A DNA stretch of 64,000 nucleotides from Octopus vulgaris (GCA_951406725.2 OX597824.1:92628001-92692000), one strand, 5' to 3'. Counted from the stretch's first letter, positions 27,829-40,473 are shown. Numbers and translations are program-made. Notes: a model not told the origin generated them from the sequence alone.

Positions 27829-28564
27829 TCTATGGTAATAATTTGTTACAATATCCAAAAATCATAAATTTATGAATAGTTTCAAACAATAATTCTAATA
27901 CAATACACACATGGATAATTGTTTAAATCTATAAATAAAAAGATTCAATATTTAAAAGAAATATATTGATATAAATAAACGGGAAGGTAATTATGAGAAG
28001 AGCGTTAGTGAATACTTGAAATATGATCAAAATAAGATTGATTTATATGTAAATAATCAATACGTGAAAATCATAAAGAAATAAAGAATTATATCTTTTA
28101 TTACAGAAAAAAAACATGTTTAAATCGTATATTAAAACAATACATATGTATATAATATCATATAAAAAGCATAGAAAAATTAAATGTTATTCAAAAAATG
28201 AATAAATTTTAATATAACACTGAGAGCAAAGCAAAAATGTATTGATGTATAAATAAAATACGCATACATATATATAAATATATATGTATGTATGTATTTG
28301 TGTGTGTGTGTGTATCTGTATGTGTGTGTATGTATGTAAGCATAAACCATTATTACAAAGATTATAATAAATTCTGGCAAATTCTTATACATTTATGAAT
28401 AAGTGAACTGATAGAATTAAACCGAACGGGCCATCATCTAACTTCCTTTTATCGAAGAATCCTGCCCACCGATTGCTTTGAGTATAATTTGTGAGTCACT
28501 AATTGTATAATATGTCTACACCCACACACCACACCGACACCCCCTTTTCCGACACACCCAGATA

Positions 28565-28773
28565 TACTCTTTACTCGTTTACTTTTTTCAGTTATTTGAC
28601 TGCGGCCATGCTGGAGCACCGCCTTTAGTCGAGCAAATCGACCACCACGGGTCTTATTCTTTGTAAGCCCAGTACTTATTATATCGGTCTCTTTTGCCGA
28701 ACCGCTAAGTGACGTGGACGTAAACACACCAGCATCGGTTGTCAAGCAATACTAGGGAGACAAACACAGACAC

Positions 28774-28804
<31 letters not shown>

Positions 28805-28976
28805 CATATATACGACAGGCTTCTTTCAGTTTCCGTCTGCCAAATCCACTCACAAGGCATTGGTCTGCCCGGGGCTATAGCACAAGACACTTGCCCAAGA
28901 TGCCACGCAGTGGGACTGAACCCGGAACCGTGTGGTTGGTTAGCAAGCTACTTACCACACAGCCACTCCTGCGCCT
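28565..28976 (-). mobile_element. SINE family B, full length
   Basis: Same layout as 27166-27580. Confidence 0.92.
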
Positions 28977-29002
28977 ATATATATATATTTATATATATAT
29001 AT

Positions 29003-29540
29003 TGGTAAAAACGGCAAGATAACAAATGAAAGAAAGAGACCTCAATATTATGTAAATAGAGGAAATTTATCTGTAAAATAATATGTGACAATTATTCGGT
29101 AGCCAAGATAGTTTCGGATGAGTTTCGGATGCCGAGGTGAAAATCCACAACACCATCTCTTCGGTTATCTGGCCATACATTTATATGCATATCTGAACAC
29201 CTATGTGTAAGCATATGAATATGTACGGGTGCGTGTGGATATGTGTGTACGTAGTAGTATGTACATATATATATGCTTGTGTGTGTGTGTGTGTGTGTGT
29301 ATCCGTATGTAGACGTTGTGAACGCAGGAGGTTTTATGTCTATGTATTGTGATAATATAGTTGCGTTTATTTTTTTGTATCTTTACCCCTACTAGATTTA
29401 CTTCCTTTTATATTTAACGATTTTTCATAGCGCTTGTTGCCATTATTAGCCGACGAGAATGTATCGTAGCTCTTCGCTCTCACATTTGAAACTCCGAGTA
29501 GTATAATGTCAACAGTTTTCGTGTTTGTTCTAAATTATAA
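29003..29540. mobile_element. PLE-like remnant(s) with two variant HHR-like motifs on opposite strands
   Basis: Minus 29103-29174: gataa-CCGAAGA-gatg..catc-c-GAAA-ctc. Plus 29441-29508: cattattag-CCGACGA-gaatgt..acattt-GAAA-ctccgag-TA-gtataatg. Confidence 0.5.
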
Positions 29541-29568
29541 CACACACACACACACGCACACACACACT

Positions 29569-29603
<35 letters not shown>

Positions 29604-29942
29604 GGCGCATGGCTCAGTGGTTAGAGCGTCGAGCTTACGATCGTGAGATTGTGAGCTCGAATCCCGGACCGGGCTGCGTGTTGCGTTCTTGTGCAAGACA
29701 CTTTATTTCACGTTGCTCCAGTTCACTCAGCTGTAGAAATGAGTTGCGACGTCACAGGTGCCAAGCTGTATCGACCTTTCTCTTTCCCTTGGATAACACT
29801 GGTGGCGTGGAGAGGGGAGGCCGGTATGCATGGGCGACTGCTGGCCTTCCATAAAAAACAACCTTGCCCAGACTTGTGCCTCAGAGGGTAACTCTCTAGG
29901 TGCAAACCCATGGTCACTCATGACCGAAGGGGGTCTTTACCC

Positions 29943-29943
<1 letters not shown>
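29604..29943 (+). mobile_element. SINE family C, full length
   Basis: A box tggctcagtgg, B box gctcgaatcc, CORE-like gcaagacactt, tail catgaccgaagggggtc. Confidence 0.92.
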
Positions 29944-30023
<80 letters not shown>

Positions 30024-30199
30024 TGCAGGTGGAGCTTTGGAAAAGATTATATAATTCAATTAATTACTCATATATATTGAATGAGATATATGAAAATCAG
30101 TTTGATCAGAAATTTTCCTCTTAGAGTAAGATGACAAAGACCTTGTACCGATTATGGAAAAAAATTGAGGAATATTCGAGTGAGATACCGAAGATTTGT

Positions 30200-30600
30200 A
30201 AGAATTTATGAAACGGAATATTTGGTTTTGTTCTTAGAGAGGAAATCTATTCGTAATGATTTACAAATATACATATACTGTACAATAATTGAAATATTTA
30301 GAAACGATTGCTGAAAGCCTTTGCCGGAAACATAAATGGTGTTAATTTTCGGGAAATCTCTAAAGCATTTCACCACTGTCAGATTATATTAAAATATCAT
30401 TATCAAATATCGCAATATAAGAGAATTAATGGTGCGAAACTGACACCAATGCTGAACTGAATCGTGAATGGTGGTGACGATATTATTAAACATCCGCTGT
30501 ACAGAAGGAAAAAAAATCTGAAATCTCTTTGGCAACCACAGCATTTTGGATTTAGTCCAATAGCGAGTCACTTTGAGCAAATGTCTTGTAATATTGCCTT
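30200..30600 (+). pseudogene. Highly decayed LINE reverse-transcriptase fragment
   Basis: Ordered remnants GF..GKS, EISKAF (compare DxSKAFD) and QPQHFGFSPI (compare GVPQGSxLSP); many frameshifts. Confidence 0.3.
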
Positions 30601-30859
30601 AGACCGACCAACGTTTTGTATGTGTATTTGTGTATTTAATTACATCCTTGTAACATAGATGTTTCATCAAAAGAAACCGCTGTAATAAATGCCAAACTTT
30701 AAAAAATGTACTGGAGCTCATCTATTTCCAATAAAACCATTCCAGGTATTGCTCCAGTATGACAGCAATCCAGTGACTGTAAGAGATACAAGATAAAAGT
30801 CATTTTGGTATTCCTTTCGTCTCTATTTACAAGAAAGGGTTCTTTTCTCTGTTGCATCA

Positions 30860-31600
30860 TTTCTCATTTTAACTGACATGTAATCCAGTGATACAAGGAC
30901 ATCCATCCGAAAGGATACCACGAACTTTTACACTTCCTGTGAGCTCCTTCGCAACAAAATACTGTTTTTGATCATTAAACTCAACGGAAGAAGCTTCCGA
31001 TCCTTGAATATATATAGAATGAAGTGAAAGAATTCGACTGCCGTATGTATGCTTTGTGGTCAATTTGTAATTGTGGCCATATCTTGTGTGTAACGATCTG
31101 TTAAATGGTGTTGAATTTCTAAACTGAGAAGTTATCCATAATATACGTCTGTTATATTCGGACTATTATCCACAGCATCTTTGTTTTGATCGCTAATGTT
31201 AACACTGCGTAATACCCAAGCTATCGTTCCGTAACTGTCTTGTTTGAAACTGTTATACAAATCCTGAATTGGAATCGTTAATCGATCGACCACACCAGAT
31301 TGTTCTCATTCGTTGTCTATTTAAAGAGAGATTTCTCGCATAGTTGTACAAAATTTTCTCCGCTTTCTCGCTGCAGTAAAGTGACTTTATAGTTGAGATC
31401 CACCAGGTAATCAATGATCACCTTCAATATTGCCCCGAGGATATATTTTTCTCGAACAATTTGTTTCGCCAAAAAGCGCATGGACAATATCTGTCGGTAT
31501 TCCTATATTCGTTTATCAATTACTAAGGTGACAAAAAAGATGGCACCTCTTTCCCTAAAATTAATCCGTAGGGAGACTGAGAAATATGCTATATGTGACC
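30860..31600 (-). pseudogene. Highly decayed LINE (L1/Tx1-like) reverse-transcriptase fragment
   Basis: Ordered minus-strand remnants ..NYKV.., EQSG..GRSIND, DQNKDAVD (compare DxEKAFD) and VRGILSDGCP (compare RGVRQGCP). Confidence 0.4.
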
Positions 31601-31699
31601 ATTTGTTGTATAGCAGAGGGAATCTCGAATCATTTAGAACAAATATGACGAATGATGACGTATGTTAGTCTCTGATCCGCTCGTGTACAGTAGGAAAGC

Positions 31700-32026
31700 T
31701 GGCATTCGGTCGGTTAGGTCGATGCGAGATCAAGTTGATCCGACCAACGAATAGCCTGTTCGTAAAATTAACGTTCATGTGGCTGAGCACTGACACAAAC
31801 ACACGGACAGTTAACGAATTCTCGGGGAGATTCAACGTAACACAAAATGCGACAGGGCCGACCCATTCATGTACAGATATAACATATGTTTTCCAGCTGC
31901 GTGAAGTAGAGTGACGTGAAATAAAATGCCTTGCTTAAGGACATTTACAAGTGGGAATCAAAATTGCGAACTTACGACCATGGGCCAGAAACTCTAAGCC
32001 TTAACCACTCGGCCACCCGCCTTCAC
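31700..32026 (-). mobile_element. Old chimeric SINE: family C-type head with family D-type tail
   Basis: Minus strand gtgaaggcgggtggccgagtgg..agcaaggcattttatttcacgt (C) followed by gaatctccccgagaa..gtgctcagccac..ggatcaactt (D). Confidence 0.7.
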
Positions 32027-32112
32027 ACCGTAGAAAAGAACATTATTTGATGGCATTTAATTAAAAAAAAAAACAGAAAGCCTATTGGAGTATAAAAGAA
32101 GAAAAAAGATGC

Positions 32113-32530
32113 CAGAGTGGCTGTGGGGTAAGAAGCTTACTTCCCAACCATATTTCATCTGCCGTTACGTTCTGAGTTCAAATTCCGCCGAGTTTGACTT
32201 TGCCTTTCATCCTTTCGGGGGTCGATAAACTAAGTACCAGTTACGCACTGCGATCGATGTAATCGATTTAATCCCTTTGACTGTACTTGTTTGTTCTCTC
32301 TATGTTTAGCTCCTTGTGAGCAGTAAAGAAATACGAAACGTTATCACGCCGGGGAAATGCTTAGTGGTGTTTCGTCTCTCTTTACATTCTGAGTTCAAAT
32401 TCCGCCGAGGTCAACTTTTCTTTTCATCCTTTCAGGGTTGATAAATTAAGTACCAGTTGCGTACTGGAGTCGATGTAAACGATTGCTCCCACTCCCCCAA
32501 AATTTCTGGCCTTATGCCTAGATTAAAAAT
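32113..32530 (+). mobile_element. SINE family A dimer fused behind a family B head
   Basis: gagtggctgtggggtaagaagcttacttcccaacca (B head) runs into tatttcatctgccgttacgttctgagttcaaattcc (A core), and the core occurs twice. Confidence 0.8.
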
Positions 32531-32630
32531 GAAAGATTTAGTAAGTATTCCAAATTTATGTAAAAACTGGATTCAGTAAAGGGCTCAGGTTTTCAAATGA
32601 TTGACATTCCGAAGAAGTCTGCGAGTATAC

Positions 32631-32714
32631 AATGCCTTAGACCCCGTGATTATAGAATGTAAGCTGAGGACAATAGTGTAGAGAAATAATAACGAATTCT
32701 TCATCAGAGGCATT
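32631..32714 (-). ncRNA. Degenerate type I hammerhead
   Basis: Minus strand aatgcct-CTGATGA-agaat..attct-ATAA-tcacgggg-TC-ta-aggcatt; 7-bp stem I and 5-bp stem II are intact, the GAAA box is mutated. Confidence 0.45.
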
Positions 32715-32949
32715 CCAATAAGTGTGTGTGTGTATGTGTGTGTGTGAGCGTGCGCGCGTATATATGTAGACAAAAATGACAAATCGAGGAAAAATACTGA
32801 GGTAGATAGACCAAAATGTTGGAAAATAAAGCAGGGATCACATTCTAATCAAAGGCACCCACTCATTCCTATCAATATATGTGTTTGTGTGCGTATATAT
32901 ATGTGTGTTTGTGTGAGATTGTGTGCGTGAGTGCGTGCGCATGTATGTC

Positions 32950-32987
<38 letters not shown>

Positions 32988-33008
32988 CCTATATATATAT
33001 ATTATATA

Positions 33009-33043
<35 letters not shown>

Positions 33044-33978
33044 GGGGGTGTATATATACGCAGAGTAAGAAAGAGGGGGCAGAGAGAGAGAGAAAGAAAG
33101 GGAGATAGATTTCCCTAACTCTAAGCCTGATTCTGCATCTTTCATTGCTTGTCTATAAATTTAATCTTATGTTCCGTCTTTATGCATATTATATGCATAC
33201 TTCTCTCAGTTTCTTTATTGCCATTTCTAACAATACCTATATGAATAAACGAAATAGAGAAAACTGTCAGGAGCCAACCGAGTTAAATGGATAAATAAAA
33301 GCAAGAGTAACAGTCGGAACACAAACAGAAAAACTCCGATCAATAACTGTATAATCCTTGAGAGGTATATGAATAATTGAAAAGATTATTCTTGCAGGCA
33401 TACAAATTCGTTTTCTTTTTTTTCTTCTCTCGTTTCCTCGTTTTATTATACATTTAACTTTCACATAATTCTATTCTGCACTGAAAACAGTTTCCTGTCG
33501 AAATATTTCGACATTTCATACAGGACACCTTTATACTGGCTGTTGTGTAAATGTAGACAGTTCAATAGAGAATCTATGGCGGTATCCCTCTGGGTTAAAT
33601 TCTTTCACACTGAGCTCTGCACAGAAATTAGAGAAGATGTGCTTCAGTGTCACGAGTAAATACGATATGATATATGTATTTTCAAATAATATATAAACAC
33701 ATCTATTAGTATTAATCAATTTGATAAACCTTTATTGAGATAACAGTGACACAGTAACATTGCTTCATTTAATATCATTAGGCAAATCACAGATTCACAC
33801 AGAACCATAAGAATTACATGATGCTTAGGTTCACCTAACCATATTGGTGTATATATATATATATATATATGTATACTTTGATAGGTTTCGGCCATTATTG
33901 GCCCAGGCCATGTCTAACTTAATAGCACCATTTCCATATGGGAGTGTACGTATATATATATATATATATATAAATATA

Positions 33979-34074
<96 letters not shown>

Positions 34075-34149
34075 GGTGAGCCTGTCTGTCATACGTATTG
34101 CACATAGAAACATATATTCATGGAAATACACTCTCATATACTTATAAAT

Positions 34150-34600
34150 GCTTTCGAACTTTATAGTATAATCTTTCAACTTCCAGATGTAGTTCGAGAG
34201 TTTCTGGGTTTTTTTTTTATTTTGTTGTTTTTGCATTTCTCTTTTCTGTATTTTTATGTTTTGAAAATTGTTGAATCGATATAATTTCCAACAATCCTGC
34301 ACTCGTTATAGTTACCTGCAAGATGTTGCACTCATCTTTCTACATAACTTCCTACCTGTCGAAAGAAGGATTAATGAAATGTGTATTATCTATTTCTGTA
34401 TGTAAAACAGTTAGTGTACTGCATTTAAATATTAGGAAGGTTTTGGAAATGATATTTCCTTCTCTGCTTTTTCGGATTATTTCTAGAGATTAGTTTTCCC
34501 TAACGACAGTTAAATCGGAAATCTTTACTTATCAATGTTCTTAAGTGATACTTGTTATCTAAAAAAAAAAAAAACAGGGCATGATACAAACGATTTTGTA
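34150..34600 (-). pseudogene. Penelope-like element ORF remnant (RT-GIY-YIG linker and endonuclease)
   Basis: Minus strand LISKDF..GKLISRNN..LPNI (compare IDKHFP..KIFNRNT..PN) and KLSNYIWKLKDYTIKF (compare TELSKYIWxLK..IKW). Confidence 0.55.
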
Positions 34601-34924
34601 ACCTCCACACTTCCTATCCGATGACATGAGGTAAAGACTTTAGTAACGATTTTGCATTTTTTTCCCCGTTTTTTAATAACAGAATGCCGCATGGCATTCC
34701 ATATCCATCTGTATTGAAGGTTAATGAATCCGCGTGAAAACCGATTATCATCTCAGAGCTCTTCAACAAATTTCACTACACACAAAACAGCAGGAAAGGA
34801 TATTAATACTTATAAGCGAACCGGACAATGCTTAAATATTAAACAAGCCAAAAAAACAAAATTGCTACTTTATTTGCGCATAATACTCGTAAATTAAGAA
34901 TTATAGGAGCAAATTAAGAATTAT

Positions 34925-35340
34925 GAGGTTGTGTCTTAAGAAGTTTGCTTCTTGAGCACATGGTTCTAGGTTCAATCCAACCGCGTGGTACACTGCGTAA
35001 ATGTCTTCTATTTTAGCCACGTGCGGGCCAAAATCTTGAGAATAGATTCAGAAAAGAGACGCTGAAAGAAGCTCTCTGTATATATAAAAACATATTTGCT
35101 TGTGTATGTGTGTGGGTGCGTTTGTCTCTCCTCTGTGTGTGTGTTTGCCTCCCGTCATCGCTTGAGAATCTCTGTTGCTCTGTTTAAGTCCGCGTAACAT
35201 AATGACCCGTCATGAAGAATGATATAGGAGAACCAAACTTAAATAACATACAAGTACTGAGGATGATTTATTCACCGAAGGTGAGAAGTCGGTGAGGCAA
35301 AATGGCCGTAGTCTCTTGACTGAAATGGATAAAAGATATT
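34925..35340 (+). mobile_element. Old diverged SINE, family B
   Basis: cacatggttctaggttcaatcc..gtcttcta..tgaaagaagc..microsatellite..atggccgtagtc..tgactgaaa. Confidence 0.65.
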
Positions 35341-35777
35341 TGCTAAAAGATAGCCTATACTAACTGGCAATTTATTTGAAATCCTTAAGTTTGTACGACC
35401 ACCTTTACATACACTATAAACTTGTTACTACATTAGCCAAACTGCATTGTAAGTTGCGCTCGTATTACGATTCACAGGACATACAATAAAATTTATGTTT
35501 ATGGTCATTCAACCTTGTGAAACACAGATTAACTTCAGCTATCGTTGGCTAATTACAATCTATATAATATTTCCGAACGTTATATGAATTTGTTGTAAAA
35601 TGATTGTTTTTAACAAAACCGATTGTTTTGCTTATAGATACGATGTATTACCAATAACAGAACCTGTAATATCATAATAATCTCAATGTACCAATGTACT
35701 AAGATCAGCGATTTCATGCACGTAAATGCCAGTTATCTGTAATCAAATCATACATATATGCATACGTATATACATGT

Positions 35778-35847
<70 letters not shown>

Positions 35848-35898
35848 GTATATATATACATACATATATATATAAATATATATATATATATATGTATA

Positions 35899-35970
<72 letters not shown>

Positions 35971-36058
35971 TACATGTATGGATACGTGCGTCTATGCGTG
36001 TCAGATTATGCAACAACACATCAGAAAATACATGTATGTGTATATATATAAATAAATA

Positions 36059-36102
<44 letters not shown>

Positions 36103-36440
36103 AGAAAGCACACACATATTCATATATAAACATAGAGATATCTATAAGGAATCGCAAGGGGAGAGGGAAATGTGCACAGCAAAAATAATTACGGTTTTAC
36201 TTCTGCTCCTGTTCACACTGATACATACAGATTTTATATATGTATTAACAGACTTAGGTTTATATCTCGGAAGACATAGAATATAAAAAAAAACAAAATA
36301 TACACGGATTACGAGAAAAACAAGGAAGCCGTAATCAGTGATTTCCAAACTAGTTTTGCTGCACCGAAAAGAGATTATTTCATCTATTTGGTTACACGAT
36401 TTATCTCAGTTCCACAACAGCCGACTTTTCTACAACATGT

Positions 36441-36644
<204 letters not shown>

Positions 36645-37114
36645 GTGTGTACATATATATATATATATATATACATATAAATTTATGTGTGTGTGTGTGG
36701 ATAAAGCCGTTTTGAATTACTTTCATTCCGGTATACTTTTATGAGTCCAACAAAAAGCGTTTTGTTGCGTTGCTGCTATAAGAAGATAGCTTCACACTCA
36801 CAATTGTAGTAGTTTGGAATAAGCTTTTACATGTAGACCTACAACACTCTTATCTCTTATCATGTATCGCTTACTTCATGTTGGACCAACTCCTTGAAGC
36901 GTTGCAGTCGAAGGAATCGATCCCACTATTTTTCTTTCAGCCTAGTACTCATTCTATGATACACTATTACTTAACCTCCAAGGTATGGGGGAGAAACAAA
37001 GACACAAAGATAAACATACATGAATATATATATAGACGTATATGTATATATATATACGTGTGTGTGTATGTGTACATATATATGTATATATGTGTATATA
37101 GATATATGTATGTG

Positions 37115-37146
<32 letters not shown>

Positions 37147-37150
<4 letters not shown>

Positions 37151-37820
37151 GCTATAACTCTTTGACTGCTATTTCTAAATTCGGTCTGTGGTAAGGCAAT
37201 TCGTTGCTAAACCCTTTATTGCTTAGTATTACTTAAATTTTCCTCGAATGAGGCTTTTACATACCGAAGACTACTTGGTGTAATTGATAATTATTCCAAA
37301 TTAATTAATTTCACCCTTCATTATTACGGATAACCATATTTTATCTCAGTAGATGACCATAGCATCTTGTTTTGGCTACTTGCGGGTGGGAAGGGGCTGG
37401 TGACACAATCCTTTCATTCACACTTTGAATTTGGTGATACTAGTTGCGGATTCTAGCTCGCTCTGATACTGAGTTGAGTTGGTACCTTCTAGTATCTCAA
37501 AATTCAATATATAATCATTTATGATTATAGTATTCTACGCTGAAGAGAAAAGAAGTTTGGGTAACGTAGAATTATTTAATATTTAATTCTTATGCTTTCC
37601 TAAAAACTTGATTTCGAAACGTGCGTCCGTAGATAACTTAAAATTGTATGATAGATTGCCGTCAATTCATTCTCTCTTACCTGTTTGTGTCTGCTTTCCA
37701 ATTGCTGTGTTTTTTACTGAGATCTCCTTTTTAGAAGAAGAAATAGCTATAACTCTTTGACTGCTATTTCTAAATTCGGTCTGTGGTAAGGCAATTCGTT
37801 GCTAAACCCTTTATTGCTTA
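37147..37820 (+). mobile_element. Hammerhead-bearing element with identical 79-bp terminal direct repeats, inside (TA)n
   Basis: aatagctataactc...ctttattgctta is identical at 37147-37225 and 37742-37820 (unit length 595 bp); internal HHR; TA tracts on both sides. Confidence 0.8.
37534..37633 (+). ncRNA. Type I hammerhead ribozyme
   Basis: Stem I tctacg/cgtaga; CTGAAGA at 37540-46; long stem II (gaaa/tttc, aagttt/aaactt, agaatta/taattct); GAAA at 37616-19; short stem III cgtgcg; GUC site at 37625-27. Confidence 0.85.
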
Positions 37821-37873
37821 TATATATATATATATATATGTATTATTTTAAGCAGCAGAAAATTCAACAAAAT

Positions 37874-37911
37874 CTGTTACTCTGAGTTTCTCGTTGCCGT
37901 TCATCAGACAG
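37874..37911 (-). ncRNA. Minimal type I hammerhead ribozyme (mirror copy)
   Basis: Exact reverse complement of 37924-37961. Confidence 0.7.
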
Positions 37912-37923
37912 TTCTAGCAAAAA

Positions 37924-37961
37924 CTGTCTGATGAACGGCAACGAGAAACTCAGAGTAACAG
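37924..37961 (+). ncRNA. Minimal type I hammerhead ribozyme
   Basis: ctgt-CTGATGA-acg-gcaa-cga-GAAA-ctcagag-TA-acag; GNRA-capped stem II with an A.A closing mismatch (A-T in the 46801 copy); GUA site. Confidence 0.7.
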
Positions 37962-38281
37962 ATTTTGTTGAATTTTCTGCTGCTTACAATAAAGCATATT
38001 ACTCTACCACTGGTATTTGAGTACTCTTTTTTCCACCTTGTTTCACATTTATGTGTTTACTCCGGTATATATATATGTATATATATATATATAATTCGTA
38101 GAGTGTAACATAACAATTGCTAAAATCAGAGTCATATTTGTGCTTGTGCAGATATGATACACAATTGTTCATTGATGGTGTAATGGTAGTTGAGAAAATA
38201 TAAATACTATAGAGAGAAAGTTTGATAGAAACTAGTGAGTGGGGGGAGAACGTTAAATATAAAGAGTGAAGGAGAGGGCAG

Positions 38282-38333
<52 letters not shown>

Positions 38334-38576
38334 AGTGTTTGAGCATTTGCTTGTTAAACCATACCGAACATAATACTTAGTTTATATTGAAGGCTGGTTA
38401 AAACCGATAAACTAGAATGGTTGCATCGCTAAAGGGATTTTCGTTCCTTGACAAAATACACACATACATATAAATATGCCTGTCTTTTGGTGGGTTTAAA
38501 TATAATTCGTAGACTTATGAAAAGCACGAACTTTCACCAAATATTCTGTGCATATATCTGCGCACATAAGATCTGC

Positions 38577-38663
<87 letters not shown>

Positions 38664-38772
38664 CATGTATGGGACAGATAAATATACATACGTACATGCA
38701 AAAATACATATATATGCATATTTACATATATACATACATTCATACAACAATATATATATATATATATATATA

Positions 38773-38905
38773 AGTGAATTAGTTTGACGCTCTGGAAAAA
38801 TGGAAAAGTCTTTTACGTTTCGAGCCTGCGAACGTCGGCAGAAAGGAATTAGAAGCAATAGAGAGAGAATGAAGAAATTGTTTGGTCATATGACTGCAGC
38901 TTGCA
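38773..38905 (-). mobile_element. PLE-terminus-like mini-element (gaagagcgtaggctc family)
   Basis: Minus strand cttt-ctgccga-cgttcgcaggctc-GAAA-cgta-aaag; abuts (TA)n. Confidence 0.55.
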
Positions 38906-39627
38906 AGTTGACCTGGGGCTAAATAACAAAGCACTGTGCCAAACCGAAACGTTTCTATGATCTCATCAATACTTAACAATAATTCTTTTATATATAATGT
39001 AAATGTCACATCTTATATATACCAAAGATATCACATCTCCATATTCGAAGATACAATTAATATGCACAAAAGTTATGGAAAATGTTTTCATAGTCGACAA
39101 TCAATATAAATAAAACAAAAGACTCTACCTCTTTTCAGACGACAAAAAGAACTTGGCTATTGTAAAGCCAAATCTTTTATCACAGAAATATGTACTATAA
39201 CATATTGAACACGTGCCAGCAATGAATAAATGCACAAGAAATATTTATCTTACATATCTCAGTTTCCGGACTATTAATCACAGCGAAGGAGCATATATTT
39301 GCACGAATATGCGAACGACATTGATACTGCAGGTGAATAAGTAAACGTATTCTATAATTGAGCTGTCTACATATCTCACATGACGTACTTTTAATACGAT
39401 TTCAATTTTCCGGATTAATAAACTCATTTTTATAGGAAGTGTATATTCGTGAAATCTCTATCAACACATCGTTTCTACCGGTTCCCTCTCTACCACTGTC
39501 AGGCATCTTTCTGGGATACATAAAGTAGCAGCATGTATGTCTGTGTGTATTTCTGTAAGTATTCAGGTATGTATTTATGTATGTATGTCGTTTTCAGCGT
39601 TGGTGTTTGAAGTAGATTAAGTTATAG

Positions 39628-39833
39628 ATAATAGCCCGCAAAGTGTGGATTGAAATTAGCCCTAAGATAGAAACAGTCGAAGGATGCCTGCTAGAATACG
39701 AACTCACATCAGTAAACATTGACAGACGTTCGACATGTGTATATCTGCGTGTGTCTACACGTGAGTGTAAATATATATATTTTTTAATATGTATATAGGA
39801 GTATGTATACATGTATGTGTATGCATCTCTGTC

Positions 39834-39921
<88 letters not shown>

Positions 39922-40172
39922 TATGTGGTGTGTGTGTGGTGTGTGTGTGTGTGTGTGAGTGAGAGAGAGGGATTCGAAAAAAATTTCATTCGTGGACTCT
40001 CGAACGGTCGTAAAATTGTTATTAATATCAACAGCATACAATTTCTGATAACAGGAATAAATATATAAGAATTCGAAGGATTTCCTGTCATCTCTATCGG
40101 AGATGTAGTTTAGAGTCCCAATAGGCATCCTTCGACTTTTCTTTTCAAACCAATATTTGCATGGTATTATTC
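39628..40172. mobile_element. Old MITE-like element with imperfect TIRs around (TG)n
   Basis: agtcgaaggatgcct (~39675) pairs with aggcatccttcgact (~40123); the outer aatagcccgcaaagtgtggattgaaa pairs with tttcaaaccaatatttgcatggtatt. Confidence 0.55.
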
Positions 40173-40242
40173 AGAGCTTTACTGGTGTGTGTGTGTGTGT
40201 GTGTGTATGTGACCGTGTGTATGTATGTATATATTTATACAA

Positions 40243-40419
40243 AGTTAATCCAAACAAGAAAGCACAAAAAAAACACAATAACGCGAGGACGTGGAACAAA
40301 TATAGTATTATTGAACGCTCAGGAAAGAAGGAAAGAGCTCTTTGTCGGAAACATAGGAGAAGGAAAGATCCAGAGATGGGAAGACAGAGGGAAAAAAATC
40401 GCCAACGGTACACACGAGG

Positions 40420-40421
<2 letters not shown>
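40243..40421 (-). mobile_element. PLE-terminus-like mini-element (aacgcgaggacgtgg family)
   Basis: Homologous to 11938-12122 and the reverse complement of 41907-42064; lies between microsatellites. Confidence 0.7.

Positions 40422-40473
<52 letters not shown>

Larger units (their letters stand above)
37843..38065 (-). mobile_element. Palindromic PLE-derived mini-element with a hammerhead on each strand
   Basis: Perfect 65-bp inverted repeat at 37849-37913 / 37922-37986; a homologous copy lies at 46801-46978 in the opposite orientation; flanked by TA. Confidence 0.8.

Noticed and set aside
29604-29680. tRNA-like sequence (also at 49114, 59194 and 62111)
   Set aside because: A and B boxes are present but the acceptor and anticodon stems do not pair, and the sequence continues into a SINE body.
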